Shown here in pieces: positions 28,463 through 37,701 of a stretch of DNA of 64,000 nt (position 1 is the stretch's first letter; each line of letters begins with the position of its first letter). A program made the translations under genes and the position numbers. The notes beneath the pieces are model-generated. The model saw only the letters and a program-made list of their open reading frames with translations, ran no database searches and was not told where the DNA came from. Source of the stretch: Myxococcales bacterium (GTDB lineage: Bacteria; Myxococcota_A; Polyangia; Polyangiales; DASUME01); assembly GCA_047601445.1 (NCBI GenBank), contig JASGJH010000001.1, positions 4,000,001-4,064,000 on the forward strand, read 5' to 3'.

Positions 28463-30805
28463 ATGCCAGCAAAGCGCTTCAATGGCCGCATCACCTTGGA
28501 TGTGCGCACCTCTCAACCCGATTGGTCCGCCTTCGCGCCGCCGCGCGCTCCCGACGGGGCTCCCAACGTGCTGATGATCGTCTTCGACGATGTCGGCTTC
28601 GGGGCCTTCGATTGCTACGGCGGTTTGATTGAAACGCCGAACATGACCCGCATCGCCAAGCTCGGCCTGCGCTACTCCCAGTTCCATACCACCGCGCTCT
28701 GCTCGCCCACCCGCGCCTGCGTCTTGACGGGCCGCAACGCCACCTCCAACGGCATGGCTTGCATCACCGAGGGCGCCAGTGGCTATCCGGGCTCGAGCGG
28801 ACGCATTCCGTTCGAGAACGCCATGATCGCGCAGGTGCTGGTGGACCGCGGCTACAGCGCTTACGCGCTCGGCAAGTGGCACCTCACACCGGGTTACGAT
28901 CAGCACGCCGCGGGTTCGCGTAGTCAGTGGCCACTGGGACGGGGTTTTGAGCGCTTCTACGGCTTTCTCGGAGGCGAGACCAACCAGTGGTACCCGCTGC
29001 TCGTGCAGGACAACCAGTCCATCGACCAACCCTACCTGCCAGAGCAGGGCTACCACCTGAGCAAGGACCTGGCGGACAAGGCCCTGCAATACATCCGCGA
29101 CGGTAAGGTGTCGGAGCCGGACAAGCCCTGGTTCCTGTACTTCGCGCCCGGTTGCGGACACGCGCCACACCACGTGCCCAAGGAGTGGGCCGACAAGTAC
29201 AAGGGCAAGTTCGACATGGGCTACGAAAAGTACCGCGAGCTGGTGCTGGCCCGTCAGATCGAGATGGGACTCTTGCCCAAGGGCACCAAGCTCTCCCCCA
29301 TGAATGCCTACATCCACGAGCGTTCGCCGGGCGGGAAGCCGTGGCCGTTGCTCGACATGGTTCGCCCGTGGGAGCCGCTCACGGACGACGAGAAGCGCTT
29401 GTTTTGCCGCATGGCCGAGGTCTACGCGGGCTTCGTCTCCCACTGCGATGCACAGATCGGCCGACTGCTCGACTACCTGGAGGAGACCGGGGACCTCGAC
29501 AACACCATCATCGTGGCCATCTCCGACAACGGCGCCAGCGGCGAAGGCGGTCCGAATGGCAGCGTGAACGAGATGAAGTTCTTCAACGGTGTCTTCGACG
29601 ACATGAAGGAGAACCTCAAACACCTCGACGACCTGGGCTCGCCGCGCACCTACAACCACTACTGCACCGGCTGGGCCGAGGCGTTCTGCACGCCCTTCAA
29701 GATGTACAAGCGCTACGCCAACTACGAGGGAGGAACGGCGGACCCGCTGTGGATCGCGTGGCCCAAGCGCATCAAGGCGCGCAACGAGATTCGCCACCAG
29801 TATTGCCATGCCATCGACATCGTGCCGACGCTCTACGAGTGCCTGGGCATCGAGCCGCCGGACACGGTACACGGCTACACACAGTCGGAGATCGAGGGGG
29901 TAAGCTTGGCCGACAGCTTTCACGACGCAGCCGCGCCCACCAGGAAGCAGTCCCAGTTCTACGCCATGCTGGGCACGCGCGGCGTCTGGCTCGATGGCTG
30001 GCACGCGTCGGCGGTGCACCCTGCCCTGGGGGGCTGGGGAGAGTTCGAGAAGGATCGCTGGGAGCTCTTCAATCTCGAAGAGGACCGCAGCCAGTGCAAC
30101 GACCTGGCCAAGCAGCATCCCGAGAAGGTCGAACGCATGAAGGGCCTGTGGGCCATGCTGGCCGGCAAGTACAACGGCCTCCCGCTCGACGACCGACCGC
30201 CGCTCGAGCTGCTCGCCGACCCACGTCCGCACCCGGGAAAGCCGCGCGATGCCTACGTGTACTATCCCGACTGCGAGGCCGTGCCTGCTGGAGTCGCTGT
30301 GAGTACGGTGCAGCGAGCCTTCGAGATCGAGGCCGAAGTCGAGATCAAAGATCGCGATGTGGCAGGCGTGGTGTTCGCCCAGGGCAGCAACGCGGGCGGG
30401 CACACGCTCTACGTGAAGGACGGGCGCGTGCACTATGTGTACAACTGGCTCGGCGACGTGCAGCAGAAGCTCTCCTCGAGCAAGCCGCTCACGCCGGGTA
30501 AACACGTGCTCGGCGTCAGCTTCGAGATCAAGACCCACGACCGCGACAAGAGCCCGCGCGGACCAGCGCGCCTGGTCATCGACGGCATGGAGGTGGCCTC
30601 GGAGGAGATCAAGACCCAGCCGAGCTTCTTCGGACTGGAAGGCGTCGTCACGGTCGGTCGAGACGTGGGTCGCCCCGCCTCGGACGACTACAGCTCTCCC
30701 GATGCCTTTCGTGGCGGCACGATCGCCAAGGTCACAGTGTCGGTGCAAGGCCAGGCCCACCGCGATCCGGAGACGGAAGCGAAGATGGCACAGTCGCGAG
30801 ACTGA
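28463..30805 (+). CDS. Arylsulfatase (Cys-type, AtsA-like) with C-terminal LamG-like domain
   Basis: PNVLMIVFDDVG, CSPTRACVLTG, GKWHL, SDNG; GAGGAG RBS. Confidence 0.95.
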   Translation: MPAKRFNGRITLDVRTSQPDWSAFAPPRAPDGAPNVLMIVFDDVGFGAFDCYGGLIETPNMTRIAKLGLRYSQFHTTALCSPTRACVLTGRNATSNGMACITEGASGYPGSSGRIPFENAMIAQVLVDRGYSAYALGKWHLTPGYDQHAAGSRSQWPLGRGFERFYGFLGGETNQWYPLLVQDNQSIDQPYLPEQGYHLSKDLADKALQYIRDGKVSEPDKPWFLYFAPGCGHAPHHVPKEWADKYKGKFDMGYEKYRELVLARQIEMGLLPKGTKLSPMNAYIHERSPGGKPWPLLDMVRPWEPLTDDEKRLFCRMAEVYAGFVSHCDAQIGRLLDYLEETGDLDNTIIVAISDNGASGEGGPNGSVNEMKFFNGVFDDMKENLKHLDDLGSPRTYNHYCTGWAEAFCTPFKMYKRYANYEGGTADPLWIAWPKRIKARNEIRHQYCHAIDIVPTLYECLGIEPPDTVHGYTQSEIEGVSLADSFHDAAAPTRKQSQFYAMLGTRGVWLDGWHASAVHPALGGWGEFEKDRWELFNLEEDRSQCNDLAKQHPEKVERMKGLWAMLAGKYNGLPLDDRPPLELLADPRPHPGKPRDAYVYYPDCEAVPAGVAVSTVQRAFEIEAEVEIKDRDVAGVVFAQGSNAGGHTLYVKDGRVHYVYNWLGDVQQKLSSSKPLTPGKHVLGVSFEIKTHDRDKSPRGPARLVIDGMEVASEEIKTQPSFFGLEGVVTVGRDVGRPASDDYSSPDAFRGGTIAKVTVSVQGQAHRDPETEAKMAQSRD

Positions 30806-30830
30806 GCGGCAGGGGGTGGGCCCCCGCCCA

Positions 30831-32021
30831 TTAGCCCGCTTGCTTCACCTGGGGAGCCGGCGCGCCTCCGGTCGGCTCCTTGCTGGGTTCGTCCGACTCG
30901 TCCACCTTGCACAGCAGCTCCATCAAGGCGTGCTTCGAGTCCCTCTCGGACAGCTGGCACAGGAAGAAGCCGGCGGCGCTGCGGAGCGGGGTGGAGCCAT
31001 CGGGCTCCATGAGCTGCTGAAAGCCGAATGCGCTGAGCAACTTGACGCTGTCGTTGGAGCTCGCCTCGCAGACGATGGCGAGATCGGCCGCTGCGGCCGG
31101 CTGATCCAGCTGTGTGCCCCGAAATTGCCGGATCAACGCCGCGAGGTGTTGCAGTGCGCAAAAGATCAGGAGTTGAGTGTCCGCTTGGTGGTGGGCGGCG
31201 TCCGGGTGAAGGTAGGCCTGGGTGTAGGCCTCGAAGCGCAGCGGACCCGCGTAGGGCTTTCCACGCGGCTCGGCGAGATACTTGACCGCCGCGTGATCGA
31301 GGTGAGAGAGCGCGGAGTTGAGGTGGCCGCGCGCGACCATCTCGAAGGACTCGGGCATCACGGGCACGATGACGCTGGCATAGCGAGCCCCTTCGGCGGG
31401 ACGCGCAATGGTCCACAACACCTCCGGCATTTGCTTGAGCCAGCCGTGGAGGTAGTGCGCTTCCGGATTCGCCCAGGCTTCGTCGTTGGACCCCATCTTG
31501 CCCAGCGCGAAGACCTCCGCAGAGGCCTTGGCGATCTCGCGTGCCTCGACCATGAGGACCTCGGAGCTCTGACCACGACGGGCGAAGGCCCCGCGAGCCT
31601 CCTGTTTTCGATACTCGGAAATACGCTCGATCAACTGGTCGTACAGCTCCGAGGGCGCGCTGGCCTTGACCCAAACGTCCCCGAAGGGATAGCCACGAAA
31701 GGCTTTTCTGGCCTGCACCGACGCGGCGCTCACCAGCCACAGGGTCACGACGAACAGCATCGACACTTCGAAGGCAGCGACCACCTGGTGAAAGCCGAAC
31801 TCGAGACGGTGCTTGGCGATGGCTTCCATGAGCTCGCGACGAATGGTCAGACCGGTAATCACCAAGAGGACGACCTCGATAGCGAGCAGCGTCTTGTGCC
31901 GGTGCTCGAACGATTCGTTCGCTACGAATAGGAAGCGGTAAGTGGGCGCGAGCACACGTCGGACGAAGCCATGATAGAGCGCCCGGAGTACGCCAGGCTC
32001 CGAGGTGCGAATCGCGCTCAT
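30831..32021 (-). CDS. Hypothetical 2TM protein with possible degenerate GNAT-like C-terminal domain
   Basis: Two hydrophobic helices near the N-terminus; C-terminal IVCEASSNDSVKLLSAFGF resembles GNAT motif B; ATGA-coupled to upstream gene. Confidence 0.6.
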   Translation of the reverse strand: MSAIRTSEPGVLRALYHGFVRRVLAPTYRFLFVANESFEHRHKTLLAIEVVLLVITGLTIRRELMEAIAKHRLEFGFHQVVAAFEVSMLFVVTLWLVSAASVQARKAFRGYPFGDVWVKASAPSELYDQLIERISEYRKQEARGAFARRGQSSEVLMVEAREIAKASAEVFALGKMGSNDEAWANPEAHYLHGWLKQMPEVLWTIARPAEGARYASVIVPVMPESFEMVARGHLNSALSHLDHAAVKYLAEPRGKPYAGPLRFEAYTQAYLHPDAAHHQADTQLLIFCALQHLAALIRQFRGTQLDQPAAAADLAIVCEASSNDSVKLLSAFGFQQLMEPDGSTPLRSAAGFFLCQLSERDSKHALMELLCKVDESDEPSKEPTGGAPAPQVKQAG

Positions 32022-32872
32022 GTCCCCCCCAATGCCGCCGCAGCGGCCGCTGCTCTCGCCGCTGCAGCGCGGTCGCGGATGCACGCCAGATCCGGGTGAT
32101 CGGCGCGCTTGTAGCGAACCTCGTGGCGTTCCAACTGGGCGAGCATGCTGCGGAAGTCTGCGTCGTCTTCCGCCGCGATGCCCTTGCGCACGGAAATCGA
32201 CACGAAGGCCCGCAGGTGATTGCGCAGCACTTCCGCAGGAATGGCATCGCCCTGCGCACTGCAGAACAGGTCGAGGTAGCGCACCGGCGCCACCCCTTCG
32301 CGCAGGGCCGGCTGCACGTAGTCGAAATCGAGCGGGCGAAACCCGCGGCCGCGCCAGTACTCGTAGCGCAAGTACGGGTTGGCCGACGTGGCCGTGTCGG
32401 CTGCGATATCGGCTGCGCTCATGCGCAGCGGATTGTTGACCTCGAAGAAAAGGAGCGGCGGACCACTGGGCCCCGGGTCCAGCCCAAACGTCTTCAAGGC
32501 GGTGTCCTCGAAGTAGCGCTTGAACTCCTCAATGGCGCGGCGACCGCGCACGTCCTTGCGGAGGAAGGTGTAGATGCACTGGGCGCTCGCTTGATAGCCG
32601 TGCGCGACGTGGGCGGCGCTGGTGGTGACGCCAAAGATGTGACCCCCGACGATCGGCCCACCTTCAGAGGGATGCAGCCCCACGACGTACTCGCGCCAGG
32701 GCCCGAGCTGCGCCTGCAGCGGCGCGTTTTCGTTGAGCCCCATGATTTCGTAGAACGCTTCGATGGGCTCGCGCTCTTCGGGCAGGGGAAAGAGCTCCTC
32801 ATAGAGCCGGTAGAGAGCATCCAGCGTGACCTTGCGTTCGAGCGTGATTTCGTCCGGGTAGAACGCCTGCAT
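32018..32872 (-). CDS. GNAT-like N-acetyltransferase
   Basis: LYEELFPLPEEREP, IYTFLRKDVRGRR (motif A-like), LLFFEVNNP, RGFRPLDFDYVQPAL; GAGG RBS before ATG 32872. Confidence 0.7.
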   Translation of the reverse strand: MQAFYPDEITLERKVTLDALYRLYEELFPLPEEREPIEAFYEIMGLNENAPLQAQLGPWREYVVGLHPSEGGPIVGGHIFGVTTSAAHVAHGYQASAQCIYTFLRKDVRGRRAIEEFKRYFEDTALKTFGLDPGPSGPPLLFFEVNNPLRMSAADIAADTATSANPYLRYEYWRGRGFRPLDFDYVQPALREGVAPVRYLDLFCSAQGDAIPAEVLRNHLRAFVSISVRKGIAAEDDADFRSMLAQLERHEVRYKRADHPDLACIRDRAAAARAAAAAAALGGT

Positions 32873-33729
32873 TGGTGAATTCCTCGAGTGCCACTGGCCG
32901 GCGCGCTCGCGCCACGGCGAGCGGCCTCCCAACGGCGATATGCGTTGCGACACCTCGACTGAGAACGACAGCAGTACGATCCAAGGCAAACGAAGCGGTT
33001 CGCCACGCAAGCTGAACTCAGCTCGAGCGGAGCAGAACCACGACGAGTGCCGTTCCTGAACATGTACGTGAGCAGCGCTGGTTAGGCCAACGAAAAGCAG
33101 TTTCATCAGCGAGAATGAAGGCGCGCGAGTCTGCTTGAACGGTATGAATGCGCATCTGACGGTCTGCTTCGTCTTTTCACGAGCATCACTCGGGTCTGCG
33201 AGCCCAGAAATGACCATGGAGTGAAGGACGACGTCCATGAGTCCAGTGATTCGTCAGGCGAGGTTCGCGCTTCGATCTCGGTGAGAGCTCAGGGGGCGCA
33301 CGCGAACTTCCCGCACCGAGCTCGCGCGAAGCAGTCGAGCTCGCGTTCCGACGGGTCGACCTCCGAGCGCTCCACCCTCCTCCCTACGACCACCTCACGG
33401 GTCGCCCCGCTCGAGCCGCGCCGCGAGGGTGTGAGCGTGAGCGACGGTGGCCCACCTAGGCCTCCAAGCACCCGGCTGCGCCTGAACGCTGGCGTACTCT
33501 TTGTTTCCGCGCTCGTGTAACGTTGGGAGCCCCGAGTTGTGGGACTCCGGTCTCCCATTAGCGAGGAATCTCTGAATGGCCGAATTAAATCAGCCCCCCC
33601 GCCGATTTGGAAGCGCCCGCGAGCCCCGTCGAAGCTCCGCCCAGCGCACGCCAGTCCGGGGTCGTCCAGCGCGATGGGGAGGAAGAGCCCAGGCCGCGAA
33701 CCAGCGTGCGGCCCTCCCGTTGGCCTACC

Positions 33730-35634
33730 ATGGCGGCGGATCCCCACACGCCGGTCCACAGCCATGCGTCGTTCGCCGCCCTCACCCTGACCGCCATCGG
33801 CGTGGTCTACGGCGACATCGGCACGAGCCCTCTCTACGCGCTCAAGGAGTGCCTCTCTCCGCACTACGGGCTGTCGGCCTCGCGCGACAACGTGATGGGC
33901 TTGTTGTCGCTGATGACGTGGGCCCTGACGCTCGTCGTCACGGTCAAGTACCTGGTCTTCATCACGCGTGCGACCAACCGCGGCGAAGGCGGCATCCTGG
34001 CCCTGCTCGCGCTGGTGCCCGAGCGCCTGCGTATCGCGAAGCCCGGCCGCATCAAGCCGATCACGGTCCTCGTGATCTTCGGCGCGGCCCTGCTTTACGG
34101 CGACGGCATGATCACGCCGGCCATCTCCGTGCTCTCCGCGGTCGAAGGTCTGGGCCTGGCCACGCAGGCCTTCGAGCCCTGGGTGGTGCCTCTCTCGTGC
34201 CTCATCCTGCTCGGGTTGTTCGCGATGCAGCGTTTCGGCACCGCGCGCGTGGGCGTGCTGTTCGGTCCGGTGATGGTGGTGTGGTTCGTGGTGCTGGGCC
34301 TCCTGGGCATTTGGCACATCGGGCACAACCCCTCGGTGCTGTTGGCGCTCTCGCCGCACTACGCGGTGATGTTCATGCTGGAGCACGGCTTCGTGGGCTT
34401 TGCCGTGCTGGGCTCCGTGGTCCTGTGCGTCACCGGCGGCGAGGCGCTCTATGCCGATATGGGTCACTTCGGTATCAAGCCCATCCAGCATGCCTGGTAT
34501 CGCTTGGTGATGCCGTCCTTGCTGCTCGGCTACTTCGGACAAGGGGCCAACGTGATGTTGCACCCCGAGGCGGCCGCCAATCCCTTCTACGAGATGGTCC
34601 CTGCCGGAGCACCGATGCTGGCGCTGGTGTGTCTGGCCACGGTGGCCGCGGTAATCGCCTCGCAGGCGCTGATCTCTGGGGCCTACTCATTGACCAACCA
34701 GGCCGTGCAGCTCGGCTTGTTCCCACGAATCACCATTCGCCACACGTCGTTTCAGACCGAGGGACAGATCTATCTGCCCGAGATCAACTGGGCGCTCGCC
34801 GTCTCGTGCATCGCGCTCGTGCTTCAGTTCAAGACGTCGGCGGGGCTGGCGGCTGCCTACGGCATCGCGGTCTGCGGCACGATGGCCATCACGTCGGTGC
34901 TGTTCGTGCTGGTGGCGCGCGACCGCTGGAGCTGGCCCATCTCCACCTGCCTGAGCATCCTGGCCCTGTTCCTGATCTTGGACCTGACCTTCCTGGGCTC
35001 CAACCTGCTCAAGTTCGCCCACGGCGGGTCCGTGCCCGTGTTCATCGCCGTCGGCATCTCGCTACTGATGATCGCGTGGCCCGTCGGACGCGGGAACCTC
35101 AGCGAGTACTATCGCAAGCGTTCGCAGAGCTGGGAGGCGTTCAATGAGCGGCTCAGGGCCGAGCGCATCATGCGCCCCGAGGCCGTGGGCATCTTCATGG
35201 CTTCCGACGCCAACGGCGTGCCCGTGATGATGTTGCACCAGGCCGAACGCATCCGCGCGGTGCCCGCCCACGCCATTCTCATGACCGTGCGCATCGAGCA
35301 CGTGCCCGTGGTCCCGAACGAGAAACGCCTGGTGGAGGTGACCGACCTAGGCAACGGCTTCTACCGCGTGATCGCCAGCTATGGCTTCATGCAGATCCCG
35401 GAAGTGCCGCCCGTGATCGACGAGGTCAGCCGGCAGCTGGTCCTGCGCACCACGCCGCGCGAGGTCACGTACTACCTGGGCCGTGAGAGCCTGGTCTCGG
35501 GTACGCGGGGCACGATGAACAAGCTGCTCCAGCCCATCTTCCGCGTGCTGGTGCGCAACGCGCTGCCGGCCACGGCCTACTTCCGCTTGCCCGCCGAGCA
35601 GGTGGTGGAGCTGGGGTTGCAGATCGATCTGTAA
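33730..35634 (+). CDS. kup: KUP/HAK/KT potassium transporter
   Basis: GVVYGDIGTSPLYA, GEGGILAL, GDGMITPAISVLSAVEG, EALYADMGHFG, GQIYLP. Confidence 0.97.
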   Translation: MAADPHTPVHSHASFAALTLTAIGVVYGDIGTSPLYALKECLSPHYGLSASRDNVMGLLSLMTWALTLVVTVKYLVFITRATNRGEGGILALLALVPERLRIAKPGRIKPITVLVIFGAALLYGDGMITPAISVLSAVEGLGLATQAFEPWVVPLSCLILLGLFAMQRFGTARVGVLFGPVMVVWFVVLGLLGIWHIGHNPSVLLALSPHYAVMFMLEHGFVGFAVLGSVVLCVTGGEALYADMGHFGIKPIQHAWYRLVMPSLLLGYFGQGANVMLHPEAAANPFYEMVPAGAPMLALVCLATVAAVIASQALISGAYSLTNQAVQLGLFPRITIRHTSFQTEGQIYLPEINWALAVSCIALVLQFKTSAGLAAAYGIAVCGTMAITSVLFVLVARDRWSWPISTCLSILALFLILDLTFLGSNLLKFAHGGSVPVFIAVGISLLMIAWPVGRGNLSEYYRKRSQSWEAFNERLRAERIMRPEAVGIFMASDANGVPVMMLHQAERIRAVPAHAILMTVRIEHVPVVPNEKRLVEVTDLGNGFYRVIASYGFMQIPEVPPVIDEVSRQLVLRTTPREVTYYLGRESLVSGTRGTMNKLLQPIFRVLVRNALPATAYFRLPAEQVVELGLQIDL

Positions 35635-35665
35635 GGGCCTCGAACCGCCGCTATATTCCCGGGCG

Positions 35666-36184
35666 ATGCTCGACGAAGCCATCACCATCGTGCCCTACGA
35701 TCCACGCTGGCCCGACATGGCCGACGCAGAGATCGAGCGCCTGCGTGGAGAGCTGGATCCGCTGGTGGTCGCCTACGAGCACTTCGGCTCTACATCCGTC
35801 CCCGGTTGCGACGCCAAGCCGATCATCGACGTCCTGGTTGGATCCGAGAGCTGGCCCGTGCCTGTCGAGCTCAGGCTCGGCCTGGTCGGGCTGGGCTACG
35901 ACGATTTCGCTGAAGCAGGGGTGCCGGGCAGGCTCTACTTTCGAGCTCGGCGGCCCGCAACCTTCGACGTGAACCTGGCAGTAGCTCTATTTGGCGGAGT
36001 GCTCTGGCAGACGAACCTTCGCGTGCGCAATCGGCTCCGTCGGGATCCAGCACTCGTCGCGCGCTACGTGCGCGAGAAGCGCGAGGCACTGAGCTCCGGC
36101 GCCGACACGCTGCTCGCCTACTCCGCCCAAAAGTCGGCCTTCATGCAAGAACTCGTGCGGCTTTCGACCTACGACGAGCTTTGA
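35666..36184 (+). CDS. GrpB (UPF0157) family nucleotidyltransferase-like protein
   Basis: IVPYDPRWP, EHFGSTSVPG..AKPIIDV, YVREKRE..Y..KS.F. Confidence 0.9.
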   Translation: MLDEAITIVPYDPRWPDMADAEIERLRGELDPLVVAYEHFGSTSVPGCDAKPIIDVLVGSESWPVPVELRLGLVGLGYDDFAEAGVPGRLYFRARRPATFDVNLAVALFGGVLWQTNLRVRNRLRRDPALVARYVREKREALSSGADTLLAYSAQKSAFMQELVRLSTYDEL

Positions 36185-36223
36185 ACCCGTGAGGGGGAGC
36201 AGCACTGGCACAACGCGTCCATT

Positions 36224-36494
36224 ATGATAGACGCGACAAGATGGACACCGCGCGCGCGCCGCTTCGATCTGGAAGATGTGCTTTCCTGCGTGGCCACGCG
36301 GGGACTCTTGGTCGTGTCTTCCGACGCCGACCCCTTGACGGCCGATGCTGCTGCTCTGGTCGACCGAGCGTCGGTCGCCTACCGCGCGAGCGGAGCGTCA
36401 TCGCCTGCGACATCTGCATGCCGGAACGGGCCACCCGCTCGACGAGCGGCGATTCGAGTCCATCATCGCCTGGGTACGGCAACAGCGCGTGTGA
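36224..36494 (+). pseudogene. C-terminal relic of an alpha/beta (dienelactone/acetylxylan-esterase-like) hydrolase, frameshifted
   Basis: RFDLEDVLSCVATRGLLVVSSDADP..AYRASGA, then in another frame RLRHLHAGTGHPLDERRFESIIAWVRQQRV*. Confidence 0.55.
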
Positions 36495-36559
36495 TCACGA
36501 GCGAGTAACGTTGTCCTCGCGCGCGCTTGCCTTCGCGACGGCGCCTTGCGCGGGCTAGC

Positions 36560-37132
36560 TCAGAGCAAGATGGGCGGCGCGCAGCCGAAGGCGATGCCGA
36601 TTTTTCCGCCGGCTTTCACCTTGGTGCAGGCCGTGGGGCAGAATTCGACGTGGGTGGGTGCGTCGTTGTTGTCGAAGTACCAGCCAATCTTGTCGCCGCA
36701 GGCGCTCATGTCCTTCGCCTTGGGGAAGCTCTCCTTCGTCTTGGAATCAGGCGCAGTGAAGCCCACGTCGACCAAGTCGGGATCGAGCTCCATGCCACCG
36801 GGCGGTGGAGGCACCTCGAAGTCGCAGGGCAGCGGCGCCGACGCGATGACGGCTGACTCGAGCTTCTTGAACAGACCGCTCCAGTCGGAGGTGCAGATGG
36901 GGAGCTTCTGCCCCATGGTCTGGTCGGCCAGCGTCAGATAGGTGGTGCCCACGCTGCTGCCGTTGCAGCCATTCTTTCCGTCGGCCACCACGGCGTGGAA
37001 GTAGAAGGAGTGGCCGAGCTTGGCCTCCATCTGGGTCTTGAAGTCCGCGCCGCTCATGCCGTGAGCCCCTCCCTGGCTGGACTCCCCCAACTTGACCGGA
37101 GTGCCCGCAGCAGTAACCGCGTGTACCGGCAC
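36560..37132 (-). pseudogene. C-terminal half of a myxobacterial vWA-domain lipoprotein (N-terminus apparently missing)
   Basis: FYFHAVV..YLTLADQTMGQKLPICTSDW..LPCDFEVPPPP..GWYFDN..CPTAC..FGC; no signal peptide or DxSxS MIDAS. Confidence 0.6.
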
Positions 37133-37701
37133 ACGTAAGGCGGCCCACGTCGTGAGCTGCCAGGACCATCCCCTGGTATCACGCTAGCTCGATGGCTTTG
37201 GGAAGGCCCATCCGGGCCCGAGCCCGGTAAGCCGGACGGCTAGCATCCCCTCAGCGCTCCATGGCGGGCGGCGGCACGATGCTGGAGCCGTCCACTCATC
37301 GCCCGCGCTCGATGATGCCGACCTCGTCCACCAGCGGCTGCAAGCCGATGCGATGGATGCCAGGCGCGCTCGCACTTGAGCCTCGCAAGCGCGACGAGCG
37401 AGTCGCTGCAGGTCCGCTCGCCGCCCCACTCTCTTGCCCGGGGTGATCGGCCCTGCGAACGCTTGGCGATGCTCGAAGTCGCAAGGCGTGCGCATGCGAA
37501 GCGTCGCTCGGGCGACAAAATTACTATGCCTTTTATCTGGCTTTTTGAGGCCTGACTACCAGACACTCCAAAGAAGACTGAGTGGTGCTGCCTCGAGTGC
37601 TGCGCTTCGCAGCGCGGTCAAGCACCACGCCTGAAGCAGTAAGTCATCCGACTCCTCTTGGAAGGCGGCGTGGTCCAGTACACGCCGAGCAGCGTGGATT
37701 G

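Noticed and set aside
28181..30760. 859-aa minus-strand ORF (and similar long ORFs 1481-3217, 44595-46721, 30435-31931)
   Set aside because: Antisense shadows of real genes caused by high GC3; no recognisable motifs
33250..33730. c-di-AMP (ydaO) riboswitch upstream of kup
   Set aside because: I could not find the conserved ydaO sequence elements; an Rfam scan would be needed
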